From: Mobula hypostoma
Lineage: Eukaryota
DNA length: 64,000 nt
NCBI RefSeq assembly: GCF_963921235.1
Contig: NC_086097.1
Coordinates: 31,496,001 to 31,560,000, forward strand
Direction of reading: 5' to 3'
How positions within the stretch are numbered: position 1 is the stretch's first letter; every line of letters starts with the position of its first letter. The position numbers and the translations under genes are program-made. This document shows positions 52,010 to 64,000 of the stretch, piece after piece. The notes under the pieces were generated by a model. That model had not been told where the DNA came from. It was given only the letters and a program-made list of their open reading frames with translations, and did no database searches.

Positions 52010-53089
52010 GTGAGTATCCAGGGCTCCCAGGGGCGTGAGTTGGCAAGGAACTGAGGACCAGGGCCGTCAAGGTGTTAAACCTACTGGCTGAAGTTCCAAC
52101 CCCAACCAGTTCATTTCCAAACTCTAAACACAAGAGATTCAGCAGATGCTGGAGATCTTGAGCAACACACACAAAATGCTGGAGGAACTCAGCGGCGTCT
52201 AAGCGAGGGAGGGGGAAAAACAGTCAATGTTTCAGACCAAGACCCCTCAACAGGACTGGTTCAGAGGGGGGCGGGATCCAGAATAAGAAAGTGAGAAAAG
52301 GGGAAGGAGGCAATGACTTCTTCAACTTCTGGTAAATTCTCCCCCTCCCTCCTCTCTTTTCTATCTCCCTTTTGGTTACCCTGTCTCCTTCATTTCTCCT
52401 GGCTTGTCCGTCATCCCCCTCAAGTTCCCCCTCTTCCTTCCTCTTACAGAGCATTATAACACAGAAATTAATTAGACCTTTGTCCCATCTAGTCCGTACC
52501 AAATTACTAACCTGCCTGTACCCGGACCATAGCGCTCCACGTTTCCCATCCATGTATCTGTTCCAATTTCTCTTACATGTTGAAATTGAACCCGCATCCA
52601 CCACTTCCACTGGCAGCTCGTTCCACACTGTCACCACCATCAGAGTGAAAAGTTCCCCTTAAACATTTCATCTTCCACCCTTTATCCATGACCTCTAATT
52701 CTAGTCTCACGTAACCTCAGTGGAAAAAGCCTGTTTGTATCTCCTCCTTATCATTATGTGCTGTGTTGTATGACGTGGGCGATCATAGTCCCATGATCAT
52801 AATTGTTCTTGGCAAGTTTTCCTACAGAAGTGGTTTGCCATTGTCTTCTTCTGGGCAGTGTCTTTACAAGATGGGTGACCGCTGTCAATATCAATACTCA
52901 GAGATTTTCAGTGGCTGCATAACTAGGTCTTGTGATATGCACCACCTGCTCATATGACCTTCCACCACTTGTTCCCATGGCTTCACATGACCCTAATTGG
53001 GGAACTAACGGTGACCTACCGGCTAGCAGAGAGAAGGAGTACTTTCCACCTTCCTTGGTAGAGACATATCTCCACCTTGCCATCTGTGC

Positions 53090-54300
53090 TTGTATTTACT
53101 CTATCTATGCCTCATAATTTTGTAAACCTCTATCAAATCTCCTCATTATCCTACGCTCCAGAGAATAAAGTCCGAACCTATTCAGCCCTTCCCTATAACT
53201 CAGGTCCTCAAGTCCTGATAACCTCCTTCTAAGTTTTCTCTGTACTCTTTGTCTTATTGATATCTTTCTTGTAGGTAGGTGACCAGAACTGTACACAATA
53301 CTCCAAAGTAGGCTTCAACAACATCTGGTACAAGTTCAAACTAATATTCCAATTCCTGTATTCAATAGTTTGATTTATGAAAGATAAAGTGCGAAAAGAT
53401 CTCTTTACAACCCTAACTACCTGTGATGCCACTTTCAAACAGTTATGTATCTGTATTACCAGTTCCCTCTGTTTTACCACACTCCTTAGTGCCCCACACT
53501 TGTAAAATCTACACTTGTTTGTCCTCCCAAAGTCCAACCCTCACACTTATCAGTATTAAATTTCATCTGCCATTTTTCTAGCTGCAAGCTTTAATAGTCT
53601 TCCTTGTTGTCCACTACATCCCCAATCTTGGTATCATCTGAAAACTTGCTGATTCAGTTTACAACATTATCATCCAGATTGTTTATATTGATGACAAACA
53701 ACAGCCTCAGCAGTACACCACTAGACACAGGCCTCCAGTCAGAGAGCAAACATCAGCTAACACTCTCTGGCTTCTCCCGAAGCCAATGTCTAATCCAGTT
53801 TATTACCTCATCTTGACTGCCAAGTGACTGACTCTTTTTGACCAACCTCCCATGTGGCACTTTGTCAAAGGCCTTGCTAAAGTCCATCTAGATAACATCC
53901 ACTGCCTTGCTTTCATCAGCTTTCCTGGTAACTTTCTTGAAAAACTCCAAAAGACTTGTTAGACCCGAGCTGCCATGCACAAAGCCACGTTAACTACCCT
54001 TATTCAATCCATGTCTATTCAAATACCTAAATACTGGTTCGCTTAGAGTATCTTCCACTAATTTACCTATTACTGATGTTAGAGGCTCACCAGCTTATAA
54101 CTGCCTATCTTTCTTAGAGCCTTTCTTAAATAATAGAACAACATTAGCTATCCTCCAATCCTCTGCGGCTGAGGACATTTTAAATATCTCTGCTAGGGGC
54201 CCTGCAATTTCTGCACCAGCCTCCAACAAGGTTTGAGGGATATACGTTGTCAAGCCCAAGGGATTTATCCACCCTAATTTGTCTCAAAACATCAAACACC
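53090..54300 (-). mobile_element. CR1-like LINE fragment (intronic)
   Basis: LKPTLEYCVQFWSP, plus a decayed MDFSKAFDKVPH region at ~53850-53890. Confidence 0.8.
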
Positions 54301-54724
54301 TCCAGCTTGCAGTGCTACACCTGCCCATTCACCTCCTTCATACCAGGCCCCAAACAGTCCTTTCAGGTGAGGCAACACTTCACCTACAAATCTGCTGGGG
54401 TTGTCTCTTGTATCCGGTGATCCTGATGTGGCCTCTTTGACATTGTTGAAATGTTGTAAATTGGGGATATTTCGTCAAGCATCTCCACTCCATCCACCAA
54501 AAGCAAAACTTCCTGATGGCCAAAATTTTAATTCCAATTCCCATTCTTGTTCTGACATGTCAGTCCATGGGCCCCCTCTTGTGCCTGACTTGCTGTGTTC
54601 CTCTAGCATTTTGTGTGTGTTACCTCCTCTGTAATCTGCATACGGTACATAACCTACTGTTTTGCTTCACTTCTATATACTCTGTCCATCCCTCGAGCAA
54701 GTACAGCGTAGGAGGGATAATATC

Positions 54725-54910
54725 ACTGATTGGGTGGAAGGGTTTGAGGAAAATGCCTTTGATTGGGCGGAAGGGTTTGAGGAAAATGTCTTTGATTGGG
54801 TGTAAGGGTTTGGGGAGAATGTCTCTCACTGGGCAGAAGGGTTTGGGGAGAATGTCTGATTGGGCGGAAGTGCTGGTGAAGGATGTCTCTGATTGGAGAG
54901 GTTTGGGGTA
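54725..54910. repeat. 33-bp minisatellite, 6 units, most containing ATTGG and some GGAAG
   Basis: Unit gattgggYggaagggtttgRggaRaatgYcttt starts at 54728, 54761, 54794, 54827, 54858 and 54891. Confidence 0.9.
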
Positions 54911-55313
54911 ATGGCGTCTCAGATTACCATGGGGATAACTATTCAGTCCTATAATATAATTTGCTTCCATGCTTTTGTAGCTCCTGCCTGATGGGAGAAG
55001 GGAGAAGTGAGAATGACTGGGGTGGATGGGATATTTGATTACGCTGGCTGCTTTACGGAGGCAGGGAGAAGTGTAGAAAGAGTCCCTCCACTCAATGTGA
55101 CCATTCCCTGATGGGGCTCAACCCCATTTCCCTACAATAATTAAACACGGCTGAGGACAGACCAGTGTGGCCTGATTGTTCAACCCACCTCCCCACACTT
55201 CCTCTCTCCCCCTACCATCTTGCACCACACCCCTTCCCTTCTCTGCCCACAAGTCCCCTCTCTCCCCCACTGTCCCCATAAAGCACCCACCCTGATGCCT
55301 CTCTCTCTCCTAG

Positions 55314-57778
55314 ACTCTGCAGACCCTGAGCCCAGCAGCACACCTCCACCTACAGCAGCACCACCTGGAGCCCTGGAGGAGTCACCAGCTGTCGCCCAGC
55401 CCCAGCCCCAGCCCCAGCCCCAGCCCCGGCAGGAGGATTCAGGCCCGAGTGGGAGCCCCGATTCCACCGTTGACCTCGAGAGTGCCTTCCGCGATGTCTT
55501 CGCCAACTATGAGGCGGCGCGTGTCCATGCACACTACAAGTGCGCGCGCACTGGCTGTGAGCGGGCGGCTGTGTCCGCTGAGCCGCGGCGTGGAGACCGC
55601 TTTGTGCATAAGTGGCTGTCGGACCGTGAACTGACTTACTGCGAGCGCACCGGTGTTTACTGGTTGCTCTACGAAGAGGGCCAAGGCATGTTCTGCTACC
55701 TGTGCCGGCGTCACGACACCCAGAACAAGCAGAACAAGACCAAGGTGTTTAACGGGACGCCGGCTGTGCGCTACAAGAAGTCGGCACTGCAGGTGCACGC
55801 TGAGTCACAGCAGCATGCCGCTGCTGTGCACGCTGAGTTGGCGGGCCGCATGACTGAGCGAGAGATGGCCGAACGCGAGCGCCAGGAGGGCACCTCGCTG
55901 CGCGCCCTTTTCCTCGCCGCCTATTGGCTGGCGCGCGAGGGACTACCCACCGCAAAGCTACGCCCTACATTGCGCTTGCTTGGTGAGGCAGGGCTAGTGG
56001 GAGGTGCCGCTACGCATTTTCGGCGAGCCGATACACTTCAGGAAGTGTTTCGCGGATTGGGCCGCGCTGTCCGCCAGCGACTCATCAGCCGTATCCGCCG
56101 TGCCCCCGCCTTCGGCATCCGCTGCGAGCGCGCCGGTCCTGGAGCCGAGGCCTCGCTGCTGGCCTTCGCTCAGTTCATCGAGCCTGGCGTTGAGGTGGCC
56201 AGTGGGCTGCTCTTCACCGAGGCCCCAGGCCCTGGCCGGGGCTGGGACTCACCTGATGAGTTGGCAGCAGTGATCAGCCACACCTTGGGCTGCCTGGAGC
56301 TGCCAGTCTCTCGGCTGGCCTCGCTGGTGACGGATGGCGGCGAGGCGATGCCGACGGTTGTGTCGCGGCTGAGGGAACTGAGCCCGGCCTTGCTGGGACT
56401 GCATTGTGTGAGCCGCAGGCTATTGTTAGCTGCCGCCTCGGGCTGTCTGACCTGCCGGCCCCTGCTGCGGGTTGAGGCCTATCTGCAGCAGCTGTGGGAG
56501 GTGCTGGAGCGTTCGCCTGGCCTGGCCGAAGCCTATCTGAGTGCCCGGCTGGCAGGGGCCTCGGCTGCGCAGCCCAGTGGCCGTCTGAAACCGGCACTGC
56601 TGCGCCGGCTGAGACGGGCCTGCCGCCGCCGCCGACTGTCTCTCGAGGCCTCGGTGGAAGGCGCCTACAATGACTATGCGGCGCTGTTGCGGGCCCTGTC
56701 AGCACTGAGTGAGGCTGAGGCAGCAGCTGTTGGCCTACTGGCCCAGTTGGGCAGCCCACGCTTTGCCGGGGCCCTCTATATCCTGCGGGAGGCTTCAGCT
56801 GCGCTCCTGGGCCTGTCGCGGGCCTGGCGCCGGGGTGGCCTCCACCCACCCGCCCTGGAGTCTCTCCTACGACAGGCACTGCAAAGGCTGGAGGAGGTTG
56901 CTTCCTCCCGGGCCGCGCTAACTCGCCTGCGAGTGGATTTGGAGCCCGGCGGCCGCTTGTCCTGCTGTGCGCTGCCGGGGCTGGGCGCTGGGGACGAGGC
57001 TGAGCTGCGTGGCCTGTTGGAGACCTACACTGCCCGGCTGGTGACTGACTTACGCCGCCGCTTTGAAGCGTCTGCTCCGCTGCTAGCCGCCGTCTCCATT
57101 TTTAACCCCCTTTTGGTGCCTGATCCGGGTTCCTCCGGCTTTGCTGCTCATGGACAGGCTGAGGTCGGGGCCTTAGCCGCTCATTTCCACCCCGGAGACC
57201 TGGCTGCCGAGGCCCGGTTGCAGGCTGAGTGGGCTCGACTCAAGCTGGAGCTGCCGGGTTGGAAGTTTGGTGTTGCAGCCTTGTCGCTGGGCGAATCTTC
57301 AGCGACTGAGTGCTGTCTGCGCCACCTCTTGGGCCTCGGCACATACCCGGCCCTGACGCAGTTTGCCGAGGTGGCACTTTCAGCCCCCGTGGCCCCGGCC
57401 CGCTCTGACCGGGCCTTTGCTGCCCTGCGGAGGCTGGAGACGCGACTGCGGGGTGGGCGCTGTGAAGACACCGGCCTGCTTGACAGCCTGCTACAGATCT
57501 CGGTAAACGGACCCGAGCTGGGTACGGCCGACTGCACACAGCTGATCCAGGAGGCGGCCCTCGCCTTCCTACAGCAGAGGTGCCAGGGCACAGTGGTCCC
57601 AGCCCACCAGAAACCCCCGCTGGCATCCTTCAAGACTGAGGAGGCGGCTGAGGCCTGCTGTTCAGAGGGCTCGGAGCAGGAGCTGGAACAGCTGCAGCAG
57701 GAGCTGGATCAGACAGTGGGCGCCCTACAGCTCCAAGCCGACAACGAGAGTGACTCAGAGGACAGCCTCTGCGACTAA
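55314..57778 (+). CDS. Domesticated hAT transposase-derived exon (ZNF862/C17orf113-like: TTF/BED-type zinc finger, RNase H-like body, hAT dimerisation domain); predicted terminal exon of ZBTB25
   Basis: Uninterrupted ~820 codons. W..W..GMFCYLC..H(AESQQ)H finger; hAT-like motifs LVTDGG, LHCVSRRL, SIFNP, PVAPARSDRAF and LLQISVNGP. Branch site ctgAt (55295), pyrimidine tract and tag| acceptor in phase 1. Confidence 0.85.
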
Positions 57779-58487
57779 GCCCTGGGTCTTCCTGCAAACG
57801 CCCAGCCAGAGCTGACGCCAAGGTAGAAGTGCCTGACTCTGGCCATTCCCTTGGGCTGGCCCCTTCTCCTCGCCCATGCCCTTGGGCATGACAACCAAGG
57901 CAGATATGTGAGTTCATGGGAGGGTCACAGAGCTGTCAGGGTTTGGGCATAAGTAGGCAGGTCTGTCCCCATGCTGAATGCTAACAGGGTGGAACTTTAG
58001 AAGTCTGGAAGTCGATGGGGCAGGTTCAGGATTGTCTCAATGTAGACCCCAGAATTTTGGATGCTAAAATCCAGAGCATCACACCAGAATCTAGAGAACC
58101 TTGATGGGTTGGGCAGCATCCATGGAGGGAAATGGACCGTGTGTCTTTGGTCGCAGCTCTTCATCTGGTGAGAAGTGTCATCCATTTCCTTCCCTCAGTG
58201 CTGCCTGACCCACTGGGTCTGTCCAGCATCTTGTGTTGTTGGGAATGTGTTCACCTTCCCGTCAATGGGGCTCTCTTTTTGACCACACCTTTGCTACCGG
58301 CCATTCTCCCTGAGGGCCAGTGTATTGGGGTGGTGTGGCAGGCTGGAAGAGAGATGGTCTTGCTCAGGGTGGAATATAGCTTCCAGCTATTGCAGAATAC
58401 CCAAAACACTTCCACCACAAGTGTGCTTTGAGTAGATTTATTTCTTTTTAACTGCAGTAGTTTTTTCACTTGTATTTTAAAAGTAAA

Positions 58488-58493
58488 AATAAA
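58488..58493 (+). terminator. Probable polyadenylation signal for the transposase-derived terminal exon
   Basis: AATAAA ~710 nt after the stop codon, followed by T-rich sequence. Confidence 0.65.
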
Positions 58494-58607
58494 GATTTTT
58501 TTTAAAAGCAGTTTTTAATCATTTTTTATTACAGCTTTCTGTAGGCAAATTAATGAGCAAGTGAAAAGTTACAGATTGCTGCTTGCTGGTTTCGTGACAC
58601 AGTTCAT

Positions 58608-59278
58608 TTAAGACCATAAGATATAGGAACAGAAGTAGGCCATTTGGCCCATCGAGTCTGCATTACCATTCAAACATGGGCTGATCCAATTCTTCCAGTC
58701 ATCCCACTCCCCTGCTTTCACCTCATACCCTTTGCTGCCCTGGCTAATCAAGAACCTATCTATCTCTGCCTTAAATACACCCAATGACTTGGCCTCCACA
58801 GCCGCTCGTGGCAACAAATTCCACAGATTTACCACCCTCTGACTAAAGTAATTTCTCTGCATCTCAGTTCTAAAAGGACGTCCTTCAATCATGCCCTCTT
58901 GTCCTTGAATCCCCTAGCATGGGAAATAACTTTGCCATATCTAATCTGTTCAGGTCTTTTAACATTCGGAATGTTTCTATGAGATCCCCCCTCATTCTCC
59001 TGAACTCCAGGGAATACAGCCCAAGAGCTGCCAGAGGTTCCTCATACGGTAACCCTTTCATTCCTGGAATCATTCTCGTGAATCTTCTCTGAACCCTCTC
59101 CAATGTCAGTATATCCTTTCTGAGATAAGGAGCCCAAAACTGCACACAATACTCCTTGTGGTCTCACGAGTGTCTTATAGAGCCTCAACATTATATCCCT
59201 GCTGTTATATTCTATACCACTGGAAATGAATGCCAACATTGCATTCGCCTTCTTCACAACCGACTCAACCTGGAGGTT
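58608..59278 (-). mobile_element. CR1-like LINE 3' end, relatively well preserved
   Basis: KKANAMLAFIS..ERVQRRFTRMIPG..FSQRVVNLWNLLP and an intact 3' tail. Further CR1 pieces at ~59990-60480 and 60915-62160. Confidence 0.9.
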
Positions 59279-62200
59279 GAGTTACAAAAAGCTGCAGGTG
59301 CTGGAATCTGGAGAGAGAACTCAGCATCTGTGTAGGGAAGAGAATGTTTCTGGTTTAGACCCTGAATCACCTTTGTTGGGACCTGGCTGGCTTATTTTGT
59401 CTGTTGTGTCTGCTCTCCAATTTAGTGAGATCATAGCTAATCCTTTAATGCCATCTTCCCTTTCTGTACGACTCTGAAATCTTTTATTTCTCTCCACACC
59501 TGTGAATGTGTGAGGGGCATGTAGACAGATACATGAACGGGCAGGAACCGGAGCACACCTGGAGTTTCAGTTGTCATCGTGACTGGCACAGATACTGTGT
59601 ACCAGCGGGCTGTTTGTGAATACCCTCAGACTTGGCCTTCGCCCTCTTTTGTGGACAATTATGGTGGATCGCCAACCTTTAAGGAATTTCTCCTGATCTG
59701 AATTTTTAGCTGTTTGATCCCTGGGTTTTAGATGTGTCAGTGTGGGGACACATCCCTATATGTATCTTGTCAAATCACGAGTGCATTTTGTCTGCTTCAG
59801 TGAGATCACTCTCGTTCTGACTTTCACCGAGTAGACTCAGCTTTACCTGTTAGGATAACCCCTCCATTTCAGCTGCATCCACTGCAGGTACATCTGTCCT
59901 TACACAAAGAGACCAAACTCGGTGCAGTCAACCGGTAGAGTGCCTTTGGCCTGGGTTTCAGCCTGACTTTGCCCTGGGCCTCTAATTTCCTTCCATATCA
60001 CATTTGGAATATTATCAGCAGTTTTAGAACCCATTTGTAAGGAATAGTGTGCTGACCTTGGAGAGGATCCTGAGGAGTTCATGAGAATTATTCCAGAAAT
60101 GAAAGAGTTAATGTACAAGGACTATTTGATGGCTCTGGGTCTGTACTCGCTGGAGTTCAGAAGAATGAGTGGGGATCTCCTTGAAACCTGCTGAATATTA
60201 AAAGGCGTAGAAAGAGTGGAGGTGCAGAGGATGTTACCAACAGTGGGAGAGTCTAGGACTAGAGGGCACAGCCTCAGAAAAGAAGGACGACCCTTTAGAA
60301 CAGAAATGAGGAGGAATCATTTAGCCTGAGGGTGATGAATTTGTGGAATTCATTGCCACGGATGGCTGTGCAAACCAAGCCACTGGGTATATTTAAATGA
60401 GAGATTGATAGGTTTTTGATTAGTCAGACGTTATGGGGAAATGAAATTGAGATGGAAAATAAATGAGGCATGAAGTAATAAACTGGATTCAGCATTTTCC
60501 AACCTCCCATGAGGAACTTCGTCAAAGGCCTTGCTAAAATCCCCGTAGCCAATGTTCACTGCCCTAACTTCATCAACCTTCCTGGTACCTACCCTCCGCA
60601 AATAATTATACAAGGTTGGTTAGACGTGACCTACCATGCACAAAGTCATGTTGACAATCCTTAATCAAGTCCTCTTTATCCTTGTACGTGCAATATTTTA
60701 TCCACAACTGATAGCAGGCTCACTGGACTATAACACACTGACATATTCGTAGAGCTTTCTTGAACAATGGAACACCAGTAGCTATCCTCCAGACTGCTGG
60801 CGCCTCGCCCATACTGAAGAACTTTTAAATATCTCTGCAATTTCTGCACTCGCCCACCAAGGAGTCCCCTGCCAACCCCTGGGAATTTATCCACCCTAAT
60901 TTGCCTCAAGACTCTTTAAGAAGGGAGGAGGCAGAAGAAAGGAAGTTATAGGCTAGTTATCCTGACATCAGTTTTAGATGTTCAAGTCCATTATTAAGTA
61001 TGAGGTTTCGGGGTATTTGAGGCACATGATGAAGGGAAAAGCTTGTCTGACAAATCTGTTAGAATTATTTAAGGAAATAACAGACAGGATAGACAACGGA
61101 TATTGTTGACTTGGATTTTCAAAGGCCTTTGACAAGGTGCTGCACATGAGACTTATTAAATAAGAACCTGGTATTATAGGAAATGGTTATATGAACCTGG
61201 TATTATAGAAAAGATACTAGCATGGATAGAAGATTGGCTGACTGGCAAGAGGCAAAAAGTGGGAATAAAGGGAGCCTTTTATGGTTGGCTGCTGGTGACT
61301 AGTGATGTTCTGCGGGGGTTAGTATTGCGACTGATAATTTTCATGTCAATAATTTGGATGATGGATTTGCTGGCTTTGTGACCAAGTTTCCAGATGATAC
61401 GAAGATAGGTGGAGAAGCTGGGAGTCTGCAGAAGGATTTAGTTTGGGAGAATGGTTAAAGAAATGGCAGTTTTGGGCCTTGCATCTAGAAAAGATGTGCT
61501 GACATTGGGGAGAGAGAGAGTCCAGAGGAGATTCACAAGAATGATCCTGAGAATCTGGGAATGATGGGGTTAACACAGGAAAAGGCTCTGGGCCTGTACT
61601 TGCTGGAGTTTGGAAGAATCAGGGGGAATCTAATTGAAAATGATTGAATATTGAAACACCTAGATAGAGTGGAGGTGGAGAGGATGTTTCCTATAGTGGG
61701 GGGAGTCTAGGGCCAGAAGGCACAGCTTCAGAATAGAAGGACATCCCTTTAGAACGGAAATGAAGACTTTCTTTAGCCAGTTTAGTGAATCTATAGAATG
61801 CATTGCTGCAGACAGCTGTGGAGGCCAAGTCATAGGGTTTATTGGCGTTGCATGGTAGCATAGTGGTTAGCACGACGGTTTACAGTACCAGTGAGTCAGA
61901 TTCACTTCCCGCCCTTGTCTGGAAGGAGTTTGTAAGTTCTCCCCGTGACTGCATGTGTTTCCTCCCGCATTGTTGATTGGTCATTGTAAGTTGTCCTGTA
62001 ATTAGGCAAGGGTTAAATCGGAGCAGCTCGAAAGGCTGGAAAGGCTACTCCATTCTGTAAAAAAATATTTAAAGTGGAGGTTTGATAGGTTCCTGATTAG
62101 TAAAGGGGTCAAAGGTTACAGAGAGACGGCTGGAGAATGAGGTTGAGGGAATAATGGAATGGCGGGACAGATTGTCACTGGATCTAACTTCTTGGACTCA

Positions 62201-62889
62201 CCCACTGGATCGCGAGAGCACCTTCACCAGGGAGTCCGCAGTGATAGAAAGAGGCACCTCGCCCCACCTTCTAAAAAGGGCAGTCAAAGGAAGGGCAATA
62301 AACCCTAGAACTGTGAATTTCAAGCATCACTCCGCGACTTCACTGTGGAGTCCTGTGGTGGGGCGGGGGGGAGATTAGCCTCATTTGCCACGTGTACGCC
62401 ATTTGTTTCACCAACCAATGCAGTCTGAGGAACAACTGGGGGCAGCCCGCAAGAGTCGCCACACCTCTTGCGCCAACATAGCATGCTCACAATTTACTAA
62501 TCCTCACTGATACGGTTTTGGAATGTGTGTGTGGGGGGCGGGGGGAGTGCAGGGAACCCATGTATTCAAGGAGAGAATGTACAAACTCCTTACAGACAGT
62601 GGCAAGAATTGTCTCCCAATTGCAGATGCTGCAATGCTATTGCACTAAACTACCGTACACGGAGAAGCTCTTCTAGACGACAGGTTTGCTTTTGTCTTCG
62701 GGGTTACATTCAGCTTCAATGAACAGTAATCCACACAAAGTGTCGTAATGTTCCCTCTAATTTTTTTTACAGCTGTATGGACCAAGCATTGGTCTTAGTA
62801 GGAGATGTTTAAACTGCGCGGCACACTAATTTATGGATTATATTCATTAACACACAATTAATTACAGGATATTTCGCAATTATATTAAC

Positions 62890-64000
62890 ATTATAGAACA
62901 ATACAGCACAGGAACAGGCCTTTCAGCCCATAATGTGAAAACCAGCTAAAAAGCAAATCAAAATCACCCAAATACTTCTCCCTCCTACCTACACCATGCC
63001 CATATCCTATCATCTTCCTCACATTCATGTGCCTATCCAAACATCTCTTAGAAGTCTCTAATATATTTGCCTCTACCACCATACCAGGCAGTGCATTCCA
63101 GGCATCCACAATCCTCCGAGTAAAAAACTTACCCTTCACATCCCCCTTGGACCTATACCTTCTCTCCTTCAACGCATGCCCTCTGGAATTGGACATTTCA
63201 ACCCTGGAAAACAGATACTCTGTCGACTCTATGCCTCTCATAATCTTGTACACATCTATCAGATCTCCCCTCAGACTCTGACGCTCCAGAGAAAACAACC
63301 CAGGTTTATCCAGCCTCTCGTGATCGCACATGCCCTCTAAACCAGGAACCATCCTGGTAACCCTCTCCAAAGCCTCAACATCCTTCCTGTAGTGGGGTGA
63401 CCAGAACTGTACACAATACTCCAGATGTGGCCTAACCAGAGTTTTATAAAGTTACATCATAACCTCCTGATTTTAAACTCGATTCGTAAAGGCAGGCATT
63501 CCATAAGCCTTCTTAACCACCTTATCGAGCTATGAAATCGGATCCCAGTATCTCTGCTCAGGCACACTGTTAAGCATCTTACAATTAACAGTGTACTGTC
63601 TCCTTGCATTTGCCCTACCGAGGTACAACACCTCACGTTTTTCTGGGTTAAACTCCATCTGCTATTTCTTGGTCATATTTGCAACTGATCTATATCGTGC
63701 TGTATTCTTTGCCAGTCTTCTACACCATCCACAACTCCACCAATCTTGGTATCATCCGCAAACCTACTAACCCACCCAACTACATTTTCATCCTGGCCAT
63801 TTATATACATCACAGACAGTAGAGGTCCCAGCACAGATCACACCGCTAGTTACTGACCTACAGCTCGAACAAGTCCCTTCAACCACACCCTCTCTCGTCT
63901 CTCCGCAAGGCAGTTCTGAATCCAAACAGCCAATTTGCCGCGGATCTCAATCTTCTGCATTAGCCACCCATACTAAAATCCACTGCCCTATCCTCATCAA
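62890..64000 (-). mobile_element. CR1-like LINE 3' portion running off the window
   Basis: ORF 62891..63370: LFSLERQSLRGDLIDVYKIMRG..FFTRRIVDAWNALP. FADDTKIGG at ~63735-63762. Confidence 0.88.

Noticed and set aside
52035-52040. Second GTGAGT donor near the ZBTB25 read-through stop
   Set aside because: It is phase 2, so it is out of frame with the 55314 acceptor. The 52010 donor fits both phase and the end of homology.
31431-54910. CRISPR-like interpretation of the periodic arrays (31431, 43364, 54728)
   Set aside because: Vertebrate context with no cas genes. These are tandem or degenerate minisatellites without constant repeats and unique spacers.
55220-55313. N-terminal extension of the 852-aa ORF (MHHTPSLL..)
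   Set aside because: Starts at TTG and runs through the pyrimidine-rich intron end. The acceptor at 55313, or the ATG at 55295, is the more plausible start.
57779-64000. AKAP5 or MTHFD1 exons expected from human synteny
   Set aside because: No recognisable coding sequence; apart from the predicted 3' UTR, the region is LINE/SINE debris.

Overview
Eukaryotic (vertebrate) genomic DNA, most likely a cartilaginous fish. That assignment is an inference from the CR1/HER1-like LINEs, V-domain tRNA-SINEs, Rex1/Babar and Penelope-like repeats. Most of the window is decayed transposon sequence surrounding three GC-rich host genes in the same order and orientation as the human 14q23 block: the 5' end of an HSPA2-type HSP70 (minus), ZBTB1 (minus, single coding exon, 632 aa) and ZBTB25 (plus, divergent from ZBTB1). 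Main finding: the ZBTB25 frame breaks off in the middle of its second zinc finger at a GTGAGT donor (52010). That donor is phase-compatible with a strong acceptor (55312-55313) opening an uninterrupted ~820-codon exon derived from a hAT-family (ZNF862/C17orf113-like) transposase. The exon keeps its zinc finger but its catalytic residues are degraded. This predicts a 1149-aa BTB-ZnF-transposase host-transposase fusion protein. Other observations: an apparently intron-split or truncated HSPA2; a chimeric fold-back hAT MITE in two copies; minimal hammerhead-ribozyme motifs in Penelope-like element ends; a Chapaev3 transposon remnant; and two phased transcription-factor-motif arrays. Gene and family names come from recognising sequence by eye, not from database searches, and boundaries of decayed repeats are approximate.
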